Shown here piece after piece: positions 1 through 14,000 of a stretch of 64,000 nucleotides of DNA. The notes beneath the pieces were generated by a model, which worked only from the letters and a program-made list of their open reading frames with translations, was not told the origin of the DNA and ran no database searches. Source of the DNA: Eutreptiella sp. 'Long Island Sound 2002' (Eukaryota > Protista > Euglenida). Location: the NCBI GenBank assembly GCA_964036045.1, contig OZ038379.1:8866001-8930000 (forward strand), read 5' to 3'. A program made the position numbers and the translations under genes. Every line of letters starts with the position of its first letter. The stretch's first letter is position 1.

Positions 1-1470
1 GAATCCTTATCCCATCTGAGAATGGGGCAGACACCGACTCCAAATACTTTTATTACCCCCAGCGTGATTGCCGCAGTGGTGTGCCGGAGCCTCTGACGGT
101 GTCCCCCCCGGCCCCCCTTCCGAACACTCCTCTCAGCTGCGAGGGGGCCGTGCACAAGGTCCAGGGGTGCCTGCCCACAACCGCCACAGGGCGGTGAGGG
201 GTTTCAGGGGCAGGATTGTGCTGCGATGGTCCCGGAGGTCTGTCGCATTTGGGTCCTTGGCGGCCCACCGACCTGCACCATCATCTCCTCAGCGGGGCAT
301 TGGGCCAGGGATCGGGAATCAGGAAGCCCCCCCCCCCCCTTCCCGCTGAAGAACGACAAAGGTGTGCCCCTGCCTTGAACCCCCCCCCAGGACCCCCCTG
401 CCCGGCACGCCCCCCCACGGCACGCGCGCCTACACATACAGGCACGTCAGCGCCTTGACGAGGTACGGGGATCGTCAGCAGTCTGGACGGCTGTGAGACC
501 AGACAACCAGGGGGGGTACCCAGTCGAGCCGGTGAGGTACGGGCACACTGGCCGTGGGTCACCACCTTTGGCGCAAGCCGAGACCCAAACCAAACCAAAC
601 CCCCCCTTCCCGCAGGCATCTCATATGCCAACCACGGAGATGCACCAAAGCTGCCCGCGGTGTCAAGGTCCCAGGGGGGGTGGATGACGTCTGTACATCT
701 GTACACGCAGCGCGTGAGAGGCAGGCGGCCCTCCGCTCAGGTGCAGGGGCCCTGCAGCTGGTGCGGTGCGGCACACGCCGAATGGCAAACGAACACCGCG
801 GGCCTGCCTGCCTGCCTGGCACCGTACGGGCCGAAGCATGCAGCCCCCCGACGGGCCCGCATCGCCTCCAGCCGTCAGCTGCAGCACCGCGTGCGGGCCA
901 GACCCCCCCACAATTTTCGAGATTACGGAAAATTACGCAAAGTTTACAGCCAATTTTATGACAAAAACCGTGACCACTTCCAAAACTTAGATAACATTCA
1001 CGAGTGCTTTGCGTTGTACACATCGGTGGTCTGCCACCAAAGCACATCCAGACCGGCATCTGCCACGGAGGGCTCATTGCTCACGGCTCAAGGTAGACGC
1101 AAATCTGTGCAGGTCCCGCCGGCAGCGCTAGTCGCGCTGTGCTCCAGCCCCTCCCTTGTGACGAGAACGGGCCGGAGCTGTCCTACCCGGTGCACGCCGC
1201 GTCCAGCAGAAAAACAAGCCTTGATTCCGGTGCCTGTCCCGTCGGTAGAGGAAGGGAAGAGGACCCAGTTGGGCTCTGGGCCCACCCGCCATCAACAGTC
1301 GCAGAACCGCCTGCGACTCGCGCGCCGGTGGACAGCCCACCTGGGGGGGCTCTCATGCCCCACCGTCCGTGTGGTCCAATCGATGGATATATAATCACTC
1401 ACCCCCGCTCTGGAATCACCCTTGCGCCAATGTCGTGACACAAGAAGCAAACCAAGGCCACGGGTTGGAA

Positions 1471-1540
1471 AACTTGCCCCTGGCGGGGCTCGAACCCGCG
1501 ACCTTTGGCCAGTTGGGGAGGGAGGCTTGAGCCGTGGCGA
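1471..1540 (-). mobile_element. tRNA-derived SINE head (3' half)
   Basis: T-arm/B-box GCGGGTTCGAGCCCCGC followed by GGGCAAGTTTT, like the 9.5-kb copy (GGGCAATTTTT). Confidence 0.5.
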
Positions 1541-1850
1541 AAAGTTTGGGCAATAAAAACTGTCGCAAAAAGCTGGAAAAAAAAATAGCATCGGCCGTGC
1601 GAGGAGGGGCCGAAGCTGCTGACAAACGGCATCAGCAAACCACACATCCTATGTTGGTTGTCGTATCACAATATTACCAACCAAACCACTCGTGGAGGTT
1701 ATCACAAGGTCAACAGGGAGGGCGGGGGTCTCTAGACGGGCTGGAGTCGCCATGCGGTCTACTCACCACCTCTTACAAGAAGGCGGCGGTCCCTTCGGTC
1801 GCTCCTGCATCGCTCCTGCTGCGCAGAAGAGGCACAGGCGCGGCCGTGGG

Positions 1851-2011
1851 TCAACCCTCGCAGGCGTCATGAGTGGGGGGCTCCGTGCACGTCGAGGTCG
1901 TCCGGCTCTCGACTTGGCTCACCCAGCGGCCGCCTTCGCACGAGCGGACGCTGGGCATCCAGGCCTTCGTGGAGTACCAGTGCGTGAACACTTCGCTGGC
2001 GGCGAAGGCCC
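1851..2011 (-). CDS. Probable terminal exon ([14 protein letters not shown]...HDACEG*)
   Basis: GTTGCAG| acceptor in phase 1 completes YRRLG. An internal GTGAGC could be a further donor. Confidence 0.7.
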
Positions 2012-5000
2012 CTGCAACGGCAGAGGGGACGTGCGATGAACATGGGCTGCCTGGGCCCCGGGAGATGGGGTGCCAGCGCTGGAGCCCGAGAGGGGGGGGG
2101 GGGGGCAGGGCTTTGCTTGAAGGAGAGGGGGGGCCATCGGGGCAATCCCAGAGCGGTTGCAGAGCGGTCACAGGGGATGTGAAAGCGGTCGGGGGAGGCG
2201 GTTTCTGGCGGTTGGAGATGCGGTTGGGGTATGGGAATGCCTTTCGGGTAGAGTCAGCGCAGGGGGGAGGGGGGAGGGGGGAGGGGGGTAACCCCCCCCC
2301 CTTCAAGCGATTCCCTGGGGGGGGGGGGGTGGCGGGGCGGGCAGCGGAGCCGGCGGGGGCTTGCGGGTCAGGGGGGGGGGGGCATCCTTCGGGGGATGGG
2401 CTGACCGCGGGCACACACTGTCGCAGCATCCGGCGCCCAAACAACGGAACAAACAACGCAGAACGACGAGTCCTTGCGTTGCGACGCGCGAGTTGCCACC
2501 CGGTTTTTGCGATTTCGGACGGAGTTCTCCGATATTGTGGGGGTGCCGACCGCTGACCACAGCATCTGCGTGCAGTGCACCGCGCGGCGCAGAGACCCTC
2601 ACAACACACGTCCCTCAACATGATGTCACTGGCCTACCGATGGGCAGGGGTGGGTGGGTGGAGGGATGAGAGGCTGCGGGCATTGTCCGGGGGGGGCAAA
2701 CCCTAATTGAGGTGAGCTAAGCGAAGGTGTGGGTGAAACTTTTGGTGGACGTACCGCGTTTAATATGGGCCCCCACCAAGAGCCACTGGATTGCAACCAC
2801 TCAAAGGCACATACCTTGCCCAGGCCACTGCCCCGTGACACTGGGGGTGGGGGCGGCTAAATTGCCCCCCCTCCCCCCCCGATTTTGGCTGACCCAGCCC
2901 CCCCACCCACCTGCCGGATACCCTGAGGGGGGGGGGGGGTGTCACAGAGCTTGGTCTACGGCCAACTTTGCCCATAGATATACAGATACCTGCAAAGAAT
3001 GAATGCCCTTGAGCTACAGTACGGAGGAGGGACGCCACGCCACTCGGGACAAGTACCTGTCCCCTATACCCCAAGTTGATCAAGGTGAGCGTTGGGATGA
3101 TCCCTGATGATCATGCCACATTCACCTTGTTTTGTGGCCATGACCAAAGTGTAAACCAAAACGGGTCTGCACAAAGTGGCAGCACCCATATGTCACAATG
3201 TGCCTCGGCCCATGAACAACGTTGGCGGTCCACCACGCTCAGCAACCCACCCACCCACCCACCCAAAAGAGCTGACACTCCCCCCCAACCCGGCCAACCA
3301 CCAAGGCCTTGTGCCGAAACCCCCCCCCCCCCGGAGAGGTATCTGCAATTTTCCCAAAATCGGGGGGAAACCAGACAAAGCCACCCACCCCCATCCTCAG
3401 ACCCTCCCCCCCCTGGTAAAGTATCAACCAGCCACTCAGCAATTACCCCCCCCCTCCCTTGAACCCCCCCCCCAATGTCATGACGCCCCCCCCACTAGGG
3501 GGGGGGGGGGACGGGAACTGCACCACATAATGGTAGCACTAAAACTGCAGCAGCCCCAGTATAATCTCAAGAAAAATTTTCTTCAGCATCTAGTATTTCC
3601 TTTGCTTTTTGGGCCAAGTGACGATCCTGGGGGGGGGGGGATCGCAGTGGGAGGGGGGGGGGGCAAGGTAACTTCAAACAAGAGTGGGAAAGACAGACGA
3701 TGCAAGTTGGCGTGCGAATTACACACTGCAAAAACACACTGTCAGAGCAAGAACCTCCTGAGGCGCGCAGCACGGCATACAGAGAGCGTTGCGGGTGACC
3801 AAGCGGTGCGTGCATTGCCCAAAGGGGGGTTGGGGTGCTTACAGGCCATGCAGCCCGCACTTCCTGTGCGTGGGTGCACTCTCGTACAACACCATGCTCA
3901 CGCTCGACCGATCAACGCACCCACCCAGTCACGCATTGTGCTCATCGATTCCCTGTGGCCCCCATGGGGGGAGGGTGTAAACAAGATCCAGCATGGCTGG
4001 GTGGATTGGTGACTGGGAGGGTGGGTTGGAACGATGGGTTGACGACGGTTGTGGGTGAGTGTCTGCACGGTGCAACGATGCAACCCCACGAGGCCTCCCG
4101 CCATGCGAACCCTGAAATCCAAACAATGTCGAGCTCACACGTGGGGGCATGGGGGGTGGGGGTGGGTTGGGTTGGGCTGGCGGCCTCATGCAGGAGCAGG
4201 CCCTCGGGTGTGGGCTTCCTTCCCTGCCCCACCACGAGACTGAACTACCTGACTGTCCGGTTCCAAGGCCGAGCGGACTATCGACAGCCACCAGACCACA
4301 CCGAAGCGCAGGTGGGCGGAAGATACCGTCGTCCTGTGTGTAGGCGCGCGTGTGGGCAGGGGTGTGGGCGGGGGCTGGGCCTTGCGTGTGGGGGGCATGG
4401 GGGTTGGGGGTGATGGGGGTGTGGATGGGGGTGTGGATGGGTGTGTGGATGGGGTGTGGGTGGGAGGCGGGTGGCACCTAATCTCCGGTACGCGTTGAAC
4501 GTGGTGTTGTTGAAGGCCTGGTAATTCGTGGAGTGGTGGGGGAACGCCGGGTCGGACATGGCAAACAGTTTGATCCACTCGGACTCCTTCCCGGTCAGCG
4601 TGGCTTTGCAGTACCACAATTTGCCCTTCCGCCCCGGGGCTGCGATGGTGCGGGGGTACACCACGTTGAATGCAATGAAGCAACTTTCGGACATCTGGGA
4701 ACACAAAAAAGAAGGGGACAGGCAGCAACACAACAGTACAACAGCAGGCCTCTGGTGCAGCACATCCCTCCCGCTCATGGCCCTTGGGTTTTCACAGACT
4801 CACAGGACTCACAAACTCTCGAAGGGCTTTGCGCCCATCAGCCGCGGAAACCAACTTTTTGGCCTGATTTCCCGTGGGTTGCTGTGTCTTTCACTCAGTC
4901 CCACTGGGCTACAGCCTCCTCGCGGGAATCCTGGCCCTGTAATTGTAGACCGGGCGAGTCCCCACTATCTTGGGGCCCGACGAGGGGGGGGGGGGGGGAC

Positions 5001-8000
5001 GCTGGCCCTGGCAAAAGGGAAGGGGCACCACTCCACAGCTCGGCTTTGTGACCCAAAGCGGGGTGTTCCCGCCGGAGTTGGCGTGTGTGTGTGTGTGTGT
5101 GTGTGTTTTATAATCCCCCATAAGAAAGCGCTAGTGCAGGGGGAGGAATCGAAATGGCTACGTCACCCATGTCGGCCTGCCGTCTGGGGGTCTGTACATC
5201 GGGGAAGAGGTGGCCCACAGCTCTCGGCCAAGTGGCACTATCATGGCCCGGAGGGCCCTTCAGAGGAGGTGGGGGGGGGGGGGGGGTGCTCAGGTTGGCT
5301 GAGCCGGGACCCCGGGCAGCCTCCCATGTGCTGAGCTTTATTTTCCGGGTGTCTTTGTTTGCATTTGCTTCTCAGTGAACTGCACGGACTACGTCTTTGC
5401 CTGCCATTGTCTTATTTGGTCCTCTTGGAAGGAGTCCCACTGACCGATTCTGCCCGCCAGCCAGAGGTTGTGCCGGCTTTTTCCGTCGTGGTGGAGGCAG
5501 GATTAGAGGCAGCCACCCGGACGATCTGCAGGAGCAAGCGAACCGTTGCTGGCCCCTGGCGGCTCGCGGATCCAGCCAGGGCAACCCAGCGCCCCGGCGG
5601 CTCAGTGGTATTTCTTCTGCACCCCCCGGGATTCGTACTGAGTATGCTCTGGTCTGACGTTCTGTGCGATGGCATCTGAACCGCATGACCTCCGGGAGCA
5701 CCCCGCGGGCAGTGCTACAACGCCCCGATGCGGGTGGCGGTTTGCAACCAATCGGAACAACAGGGGGACCTCCCTGGTCCTGAATTGCACACTTCTGTTC
5801 GCCATGTGCCCCATATGCTCAACCCACACACTCCACAAGGGTGGCCATGGGGGCCGCCGCCGCCGCCGCGCTGCATGCCCCTCCTGCACGGGCCCAGATT
5901 TGTTGTACGGACTGCAGGGCAGACCCTTGACAACGACAAGCGCGCACGGGGCTGAGGAGGGCTGGTCCGCACAAGAACAAACACACGCCAACACAACAGA
6001 ACTGCCGCGTGGACCGCGCTAGAAAATTCCGCCAACACGGGGCACAAAATTGGGGCGAATCGGGGGAACCAGCCCCGGCCTGTGGGTGTGGCTGGAGGCA
6101 GGGGCCAGAAGAGGCAGGACGGACTCTGCGGGTCTCAGCAGCCACGCACGTTGCCAAAACGCAAGCATGGCCCAGACGACGCCTCTCAAGGCGGCCTGTC
6201 GCCATCACAACGAGGGCTGAAGGTTGGCACTGTGATGGTTTGGCTGACGGGGGGCGCACAACATATCATACCTCAAATCAGCCGCCACGCTGGAGACATG
6301 TATGTTGGGGGAAAACATGGCGGGGGTGAGGGTGGGGCGGGCATGACGGCTGAGTGAGTGTGCCGGTTGGTACCTCCGGGAGCACGTAGTTGTTCAGCTT
6401 TCGAGGAGGGAATCCTCCGCGCGTGGACGGGTAGCTTGGTTGTCCACCCACCGGGTCGGGGATGAAGGGGGCGGGTTCAAATGGCGGGGAGGGGCAGGAC
6501 CTAAGCTGAGCGAGCTGAGCGAAGGCGTCAGTGAAACACCGAAGGGGGGGGCTTCCTTGGTGGTCACTGGGCCACACGCTTTCAAAACTGGGAGGGGTAA
6601 GACCTAATTGAGGTGAGCTAAGCCGAGGAAATCAAAAGAAAAAGGTTGGGGGGGGGGGAAGGGGGTTGCCTCGAGCACGGCGCCCCCAGCCCCCCCGCGA
6701 CTGAGCCAAATCACGGAGCAGTCGGCAGTCGGCACCTGTGCAGAGCGCATTGCCTGAATCCGAGTGAAGGCATCGCCGGAGGACAACTTGGCGCTGCTCG
6801 GGGGCTTGCCCATGCGGGGCATGGCCCCCGGGGGCGTGGCCCCCGGGGGCGTGTCTCTCTCAGGGTGATGGTGCACTTCGAAGTCCACGCGGATCCCGAG
6901 CTCGTCCTCCGCCAACGTCAGGGTCTCGAAGAGGCACCCCAACTTGAGTTCGCCGTCTTGAGAGGCGTCGAAGATGAATATCTCGTGGCAGCCACGCGCC
7001 AACAGCTGCACAAGCGGCACATGGGGGACGTTGGAGGGGGAAGGGGGGGGGGGGGGGGTTGTTGACACTGCTCATGACAGGGCAAAGGATTTTCGGTGGT
7101 ACAGGACACACTGGGAGACATACAGATGGGCAGTCACTGTGCAGGAGGGGGCCTCCGGGAGACTGACCCTGTTTGACAGGGCACACAGAAGGGCAGACTG
7201 ACAGACTCGCCCATACCCACACACGCACACCCCACACACAAAGCCATTGGCCTTGTGGGGATGCCTGACCAATGGACACCCATACTGGCCAACCTCCAAG
7301 GACCGGAGAGTTTGCAGCCAAAACCATGTTGCCCTTGAGCCATGGCCGACCTATCCATTTGCCAATGCACAACTTTAGTGTCAGGGTGGTACGATTGTCC
7401 ATGAGCTGCCGCACCTGTTGCATGTCCAACAAGTCCTTCCCCCCCCCCCCTTCCAAGCAGCCAGTAATCCAAGTCAAGCTAAGTGGGGCCTACTGAAGCC
7501 AAGTATACCATGAAAACAGAAGAGGCTGAGACCCCCAATTGTGCATGCACCGGTCCTAACCTCAAATCTTCACCACATGGCTTCCTCTATGAACATCGGG
7601 TATATGGAGACGGTTTCCTGGTTGTCAGCACTTTGTACTTCACGTAGGGCACCCCAATTGGTGGCAAGGCATCACCATTTAGATGCTCAGGCCATAACGC
7701 AATTTCACACCAAAAGAAACGTCAAAACAAATCCACTCAACACTTTCACAAACACAATGGCATTCGTGCTTTTTGGTATTCGGCATCTCCATTTGCGGGA
7801 TCATCCATCCCCCTCACTGTTACCAGCTTCGATTCTCAAGCCTGAACTCACTTTCGTTCCAAACAGACATCAAAATAAGCCCACTCTAGGCAGTTGTAGA
7901 CATAGCTGCGTAAGTGGTTTTTGTAAATTGGTTCACTTTCGGCGTCTTCAATTTTGGGTTCATCCATCATCCCTCATCCCATCCTCAATCAAGGTCAGGA

Positions 8001-11000
8001 ATTTCGATTCTCATTCCCAACCCCATTTCCACATCAAACCAACATTAAAACAGGTCCACTCTACATTGTTGCACTGTTGCAGACACAACCGTATAATTGG
8101 TTTTTGCGATTCTACATGTGTTATTTTTGGGTCATCCATCCTCCTCATCGTCACAATTTTAGAATTTCGAGCCAAACCTCACTTGCATGCCAACCAGACT
8201 TCAAAATAAGTCCACCATAGACCGTCGAAGACACAATTGCATAGCTAGTTTCTGGAAGTTGGTTCAGTTTCAACTACTTCGATTTTGGGTTCATCCACCA
8301 TCATCATCCATCATCCCATCCCCCAAGAGGGTCACAGTTTTAATTTTGTAGGCCAAAACCCACTTTCATCTCAAACCAACATCAAAAACAGGTCCACTCT
8401 ACATTGTCACAAAACCAAAATGGTTTTTGAGATTCAGCATATGCGATTTTGGGATCATCCATCATCATCATTCAGCGCCCAAACCTCAATCAGGGTCGCA
8501 ATCTCAGATCCTTATGCCCTATGCCAAAACCCACTTTCACTTTCGCACAAAAAACAAACTTCAAAACGAGTCCACTCTACACCGTTACAAACACAACCCT
8601 ACAATCGGTTTTTGGGATTCACCAACTCCGTTTCAGGGATTCACAAACTCCGGTTTTGGGATCATCAATCATCATCATACATCATCCAAACCCCAATCAT
8701 AGTCACAATTTTAGATTCTTCGGCCAAAACTCACATGCAAAAACAACCAACCCCGAAACTGGGTCAACTTTAGTGTGTCGTAGACATAGCTTTACAGATA
8801 GTTTTTGGGTTGGTTCCAATTCAGCATCTCCAATTCTGGGATCATCCATCGTTATCATCCATCATGCAAACCCCAATCAGGGTCGAGGTTTGGAATCTTG
8901 GGCCAAAACTCCCTTTCACCCCAAATCACCGTCAAAACAGATCCATTCCAGAATAATGTAGACACAATTAGATTAGATTCTTGGGCCAGAACCAACTTTC
9001 ATACTAACCCGCTATCAAAAGAGGGCCCCATAGGTTAAAGTGCCCGATCGTCACCAAATGCACCCACTGATGGCCCAAGGGTCCCTAGGGGTTGTTGGAG
9101 GTCACCCAAAATTGTGTTTTTCAGCCAACCCCTGGGCCCCTATAGGGGGGCCAATGTGGGAAACTTGGAGATAGAGCGTGTGACCCCGCCATTGGTAAGG
9201 GGGTCCATACAATACTGCAAGTTGCAGCGGTTTCCCTCGCACTCGTGGCACTGTGTATGTGTGTGTGTGTGTGTGTGTCATGATCAAGCACCAACGGTCC
9301 CCAAGACAATTTTGGCTCGCTGCGGCATGCTGCGGCACGCTGCGGCATGCTGCGGCATGCTTGAAGCTGTTGGTCAAGGGTACCTCCTGTGATCCCTCGG
9401 TTGTTTGAGTATCCTCAGGACTTGACATGTCAAAACAACACCAAAAAAGCGAAGATCTGTGCAACAATAGAGAGGAACTGACAGGCAAAAAATTGCCCTT
9501 TCCGGGAATGGAACCCACAACCCTCCAAACTGGGGCTTGGTACATAGACCACTGAGCTACCACTCAGTTCTGAGATGCTTGTGCAACAAAGGGTTCAGAG
9601 GTTTGACATGTTATGAAAAAAAAGTCCGCCATGTGAAAATTTTGGCTCGCTGCGGCATGCTGCGGCATGCTGCGGCATGCTGCGGCATGCTTCAAAACCC
9701 CCACCAACAGCTCCCAGAATCTGGCGCTGCGGCATGCTGCGGCATGCTGCTGCCGTTGGTGCTTGCCGTTGGTACTCATGATGTGTGTGTGTGTGTGTGT
9801 GTGATGTGTGTCGGGGGGGGGGGGGGGGGGTCGGACCTTTGGTGCAGCCTACCCCTCCAAGAAGATAGTGATGTAGGTGAGACGCCACACCAATTTGCTC
9901 ACTGTTGGAGAGGGATGACTTGGGTGAACCCAAGTTGCAGTGGGCCAAGAGCACCAATCGCTGATTGTGAGCTGTGTTGTTGTGCTTCCTGCCGGCTGTA
10001 TGCATGTGTTTGTTAGGGCTGAGCTTTACCCCATTCTGTTTGTGTACTGCCACGTTCCAACTACATTCCCTGTACTCTAGAGCATCCATTCTGCAGTGAG
10101 AGTTCTCTCCTTTGCACCTCTGTTTTGGTTGTAAGAAAGTGTGTGAAATGGCCATTGGCAGTGGTAGCGAAATACTGGTGAAATGGCCATTGACCACTTA
10201 GCACATCGACCAACCTCACAACCCCACAGCACACAGTACATGAGCCAGAGTATCTGGACTGGTGAAAGAAAGGATTGCTGGCACCAACCGCTGGTCCCAG
10301 AACTACCACTCCTAAGGGTAGAGGGGTGCACCGGACCCCCATTTTACCAAGGGCAGGGCTGTGAAGTCGCGCAGAACGCTCCTTCAACTCGGTGGGCGGC
10401 CTGAGTTGAGCCGCGAGGAGGGCAAAAGCGGCTGGAGCTGATCATGGGCAATAGGGGGCACAACAGGCAAGATAGCATAAGAGCCACAGGCAATGGTGCA
10501 GCAACAAACAAGCAAGGCAAAGGCAAGGGAAGGGGACACGTGGTGCACGGGCCTGTCCACAGGGAGGCCACCGGGTGGCCGGGTGGCCACCCTATCTCCT
10601 TTGTGATCTGTGCTGTCAGCTGCATGTCAGTGGGCGCAAGGTGCTATGCGATGTGTCAGGGGTTGTTTAGGGGCTGACCAAATAGGGTGTTGGGGGAATG
10701 CTCACGGGAGGCCACAGCCACGCAATGGCCCGGAACAGCCCCAACCAGCCCTACCCTGGGGTCTTGGGCAAAGCTTTCCCTTGCCCTGCAAATGGGCAGG
10801 GAGATAGGCCCTGCCTATCCTCCACGCCCCACCCATTGGGGGCAGCCCTCCTACTAGGGGAGGTCAGAGCCTGCAGAGGAGACTGCACGGGACAGCACAG
10901 CGACGCAGTGGCGCAGAACAGCCCACCTTGCAGATAGGCAGGGAGACAGGCCCAGAACATCCTCCCTACCCCGCCCCCCCCACCCTAGCCCCCGTCACCC

Positions 11001-14000
11001 TGTCACCGTGTCACCCTGTCACTCTAATGGTAGTTCCAGAAGTACCTCCGCAAGCTTTGACCTCCCCAAAATAGGAGGGCGGGTGGCCATGTTGGGATGG
11101 GGCCGGCTCCAATTTTATTTGGCAAGGGGGGGGGGGGTCCCACCCCACCCCAAACCCCCCCCGTCCCCTCTAAGGGCACCCCCCCCCCCCCCCGCTGCTT
11201 GTATTGTAACGGGGTGGGGTGGGATGGAGCCAAATCGTTTGATTGCCAAAATTGAAAATGGAAGGTGATAGTATTTTTGGCCTAGCTAGATGGTTGCTGT
11301 TTATTCTTGGTTCAAAACCTATTCAAAATGTTGATTGTTGCCATCTGCAAAGCATACACACACCTGCCTTTGATGCACCCTTCATCCCAATTCAAAATGC
11401 ACAGTGGTAAGGCATGCCATCCCATCCCATCCCAACCCCCTCCCCCTTGTAAAAGCAGCCCCCCCCTCCTAACCGGGGTGGGGTTGGAAGGCCCCCCTCC
11501 CACCATGTGAAATTGGCCCCGCCCAGGGGCAGGGAGGATGGGCAGGGTCTATCTCCCTGCCCATTTCCAAGGTGGGGGGAAAAATTTGCCCCAGGCCCGA
11601 GGACGTGACTGGTTGGGGCTGTTTTGGGCCATTGCATGGCTGTGCTCTCCTGCGAACATTCCCCTGCAGGCTTTGACCTCTCCAAATAAGAGGACCAGTA
11701 GCTGCACAGAGCCTGTGGAGTCCTGGAGCCAACCCATGCCTAGATATCCTACATGAGAAGGAGGGCGAACGGAAGCGAACGGAGAACGGGAAACAAGTGG
11801 GAAATGAACGGTGCACAGGGGGGAGTGAGCCGCAAACACTCAGGTGGTCTAAACTGCCCCCCTTTTGTAGACCCCAAGAGCCACGGTGGTAAAATCTAAA
11901 CACAGACGAAATTTTTTTTCACGAGAACAAAACGAGACGCCAGCAAAAATCATTTGACCCAGTTTTGCACCAACGAAATCAAAATAATGTTTTTTTCATG
12001 GTTTAGTGCGCGAGCCAAATTCCAGAAGGTTGGGCTCTTCGAACTCTTGTTAGAATGAAAAATGATGGCAACAGATGTCACAGTAGCACACCAATCGCTC
12101 AAGAACCAGGTTTGTTGCCGCTTTGGGTGCGGGAGGCCAGACTTCAGTACAGGCAAGCATGTGCCATTATGCAAATGCAGTTCAACGAGAGCAAGCTGCG
12201 AAACAATTGTGTGATATTGCTTGAAAAGTGTGCAATACAGTACCTTCGGTGTGCGAGGGCTCGGGCACTCAAAGGGTGCAATTTACATTTGTAGAGCCAG
12301 TCATGAAGGTACTTTGGACATAATTTTTTTGAGCTCTTGTTGGACATATCACCAATGTGCAACACTGGGGGCGAAGCCATTACAGATTGCCCCTCCTTTG
12401 CTACATCTGTAGAATGGTGTAGTGGAGACTCTGAGCCATTCATGGGAGTACAGAATGTCTTTGGGATGGGCATTGGAACCCCATTTCTGGACAAAGAAAC
12501 GGTCAAAACCACGATTGAGGCCGTTTTCAGGAACACTTGTCTGATACCAATGTCTACATTTGCTGGGTCAAAAAAGACGCACAGAGATCTTCAAAAAATT
12601 GAAATGCAGGTGGCTGCAAAAGAAAGGGGGCCCCAAATAGATAATTTACTGAAGTCAATAATGACGAACAAAGGGGAACCAGTGGAAAACCGAAGGAGAC
12701 GTAGGCAAGCAACGGTGTACGAAGAAAAGTGAGAGGAGTTCAAGGGGAGACAACTGGGAAACAAAACGGACAGAAAGACACGCACGCACACACACACACA
12801 CACCCACACACACACATTGCAGCGCGACATCCCCTATGTCAGTTACACACACAAGGGGACACATGCGAATCGCGCCAACCGCCACCCTTGTGACCATCCC
12901 GAACAAACCACTGACAAGCCCCCCACCACATGCCCCCCGGTATCCCCGGCCATGCAGAAACCATGGGCAGCTGGCGGCATCGCATGGGCAAGGCAGGACC
13001 TGGTAAAGCCCCAGATTGTCATAATGGCCCCCGTCGCTGACGTACAAGTAGGGGTCGTGTTGGTACGCCACAATCCCACTTATTTGACACAATCGGCGGT
13101 AGTACGGGATCCATAGTGCGAAGTTGCCCCAGGGCTTTGCCGTGACTCGGAGGACCACCATCCACAGCAGCATCAGCAGCACGGGCCCGAAGTAGGTCGC
13201 GAAGGCCAGAAAGTACAGGGGCAGCCTGAGATACAGGGACAGGGCTAAAGCACGTGCAACAGAGTGGCGCCGCAGCGTGGTACACCAGCATCCTCCTCCA
13301 GGTGCCCTCACAGGGGGAACGCCACACCCCAGAGCAGAGCATGGCTGTCAGCCATCATTCAGTCGGGGGGGGGGGGGGGGGCTGGGATGAGAGGAAAGAG
13401 GTGAGGGACATCAGTGCAATAGTGGTGGGGGGTGGGGGGGTGGCCATTGGGGGCAACCTGTTGCTATTGCAGACCTTTTCGAGACCCCGACGAAGTTGCG
13501 GGAGCAGGGTGCCCCAGAGGAGGCAGGCAGGTGGGCGGGTTTGGGGGGGGGGGGGGGGGCAACCCGGAGAACCGGGGGAAGCGCCCCGGAGGCTGTACCG
13601 AACATGAAAATGTGCCTTGGGGTCCTTCCTGGCAACATAACGAAGTCGCCGCTTTCCCAAGTGCTCTGCACACTGCGATGCAACCTCCAGAGGGAGAGGG
13701 AGGGGAAGAGGGAGAGGAAGGGGAAGAGGGAGAGGGAGGGGAAGAGGGAGAGGGAGAGGGAGAGGGAGAGGGAGAGGGAGAGGGAGAGGGAGAGGGAGAG
13801 GGAGAGGGAGAGGGAGAGGGAGAGGGAGAGGGAGAGGGAGAGGGAGGGGAAGAGGGAGAGGGAGAGGGAGAGGGAGAGGGAGAGGGAGAGGGAGAGGGAG
13901 AGGGAGAGGGAGAGGGAGAGGGAGAGGGAGAGGGAGAGGAAAGGAGAGGGGGTCAGGCCAATGCACTGAGACGCAGGGCAGTGCGAATGCCACTGCCCTT

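Noticed and set aside
9493-9565. Functional tRNA gene
   Set aside because: No acceptor stem or recognisable anticodon arm.
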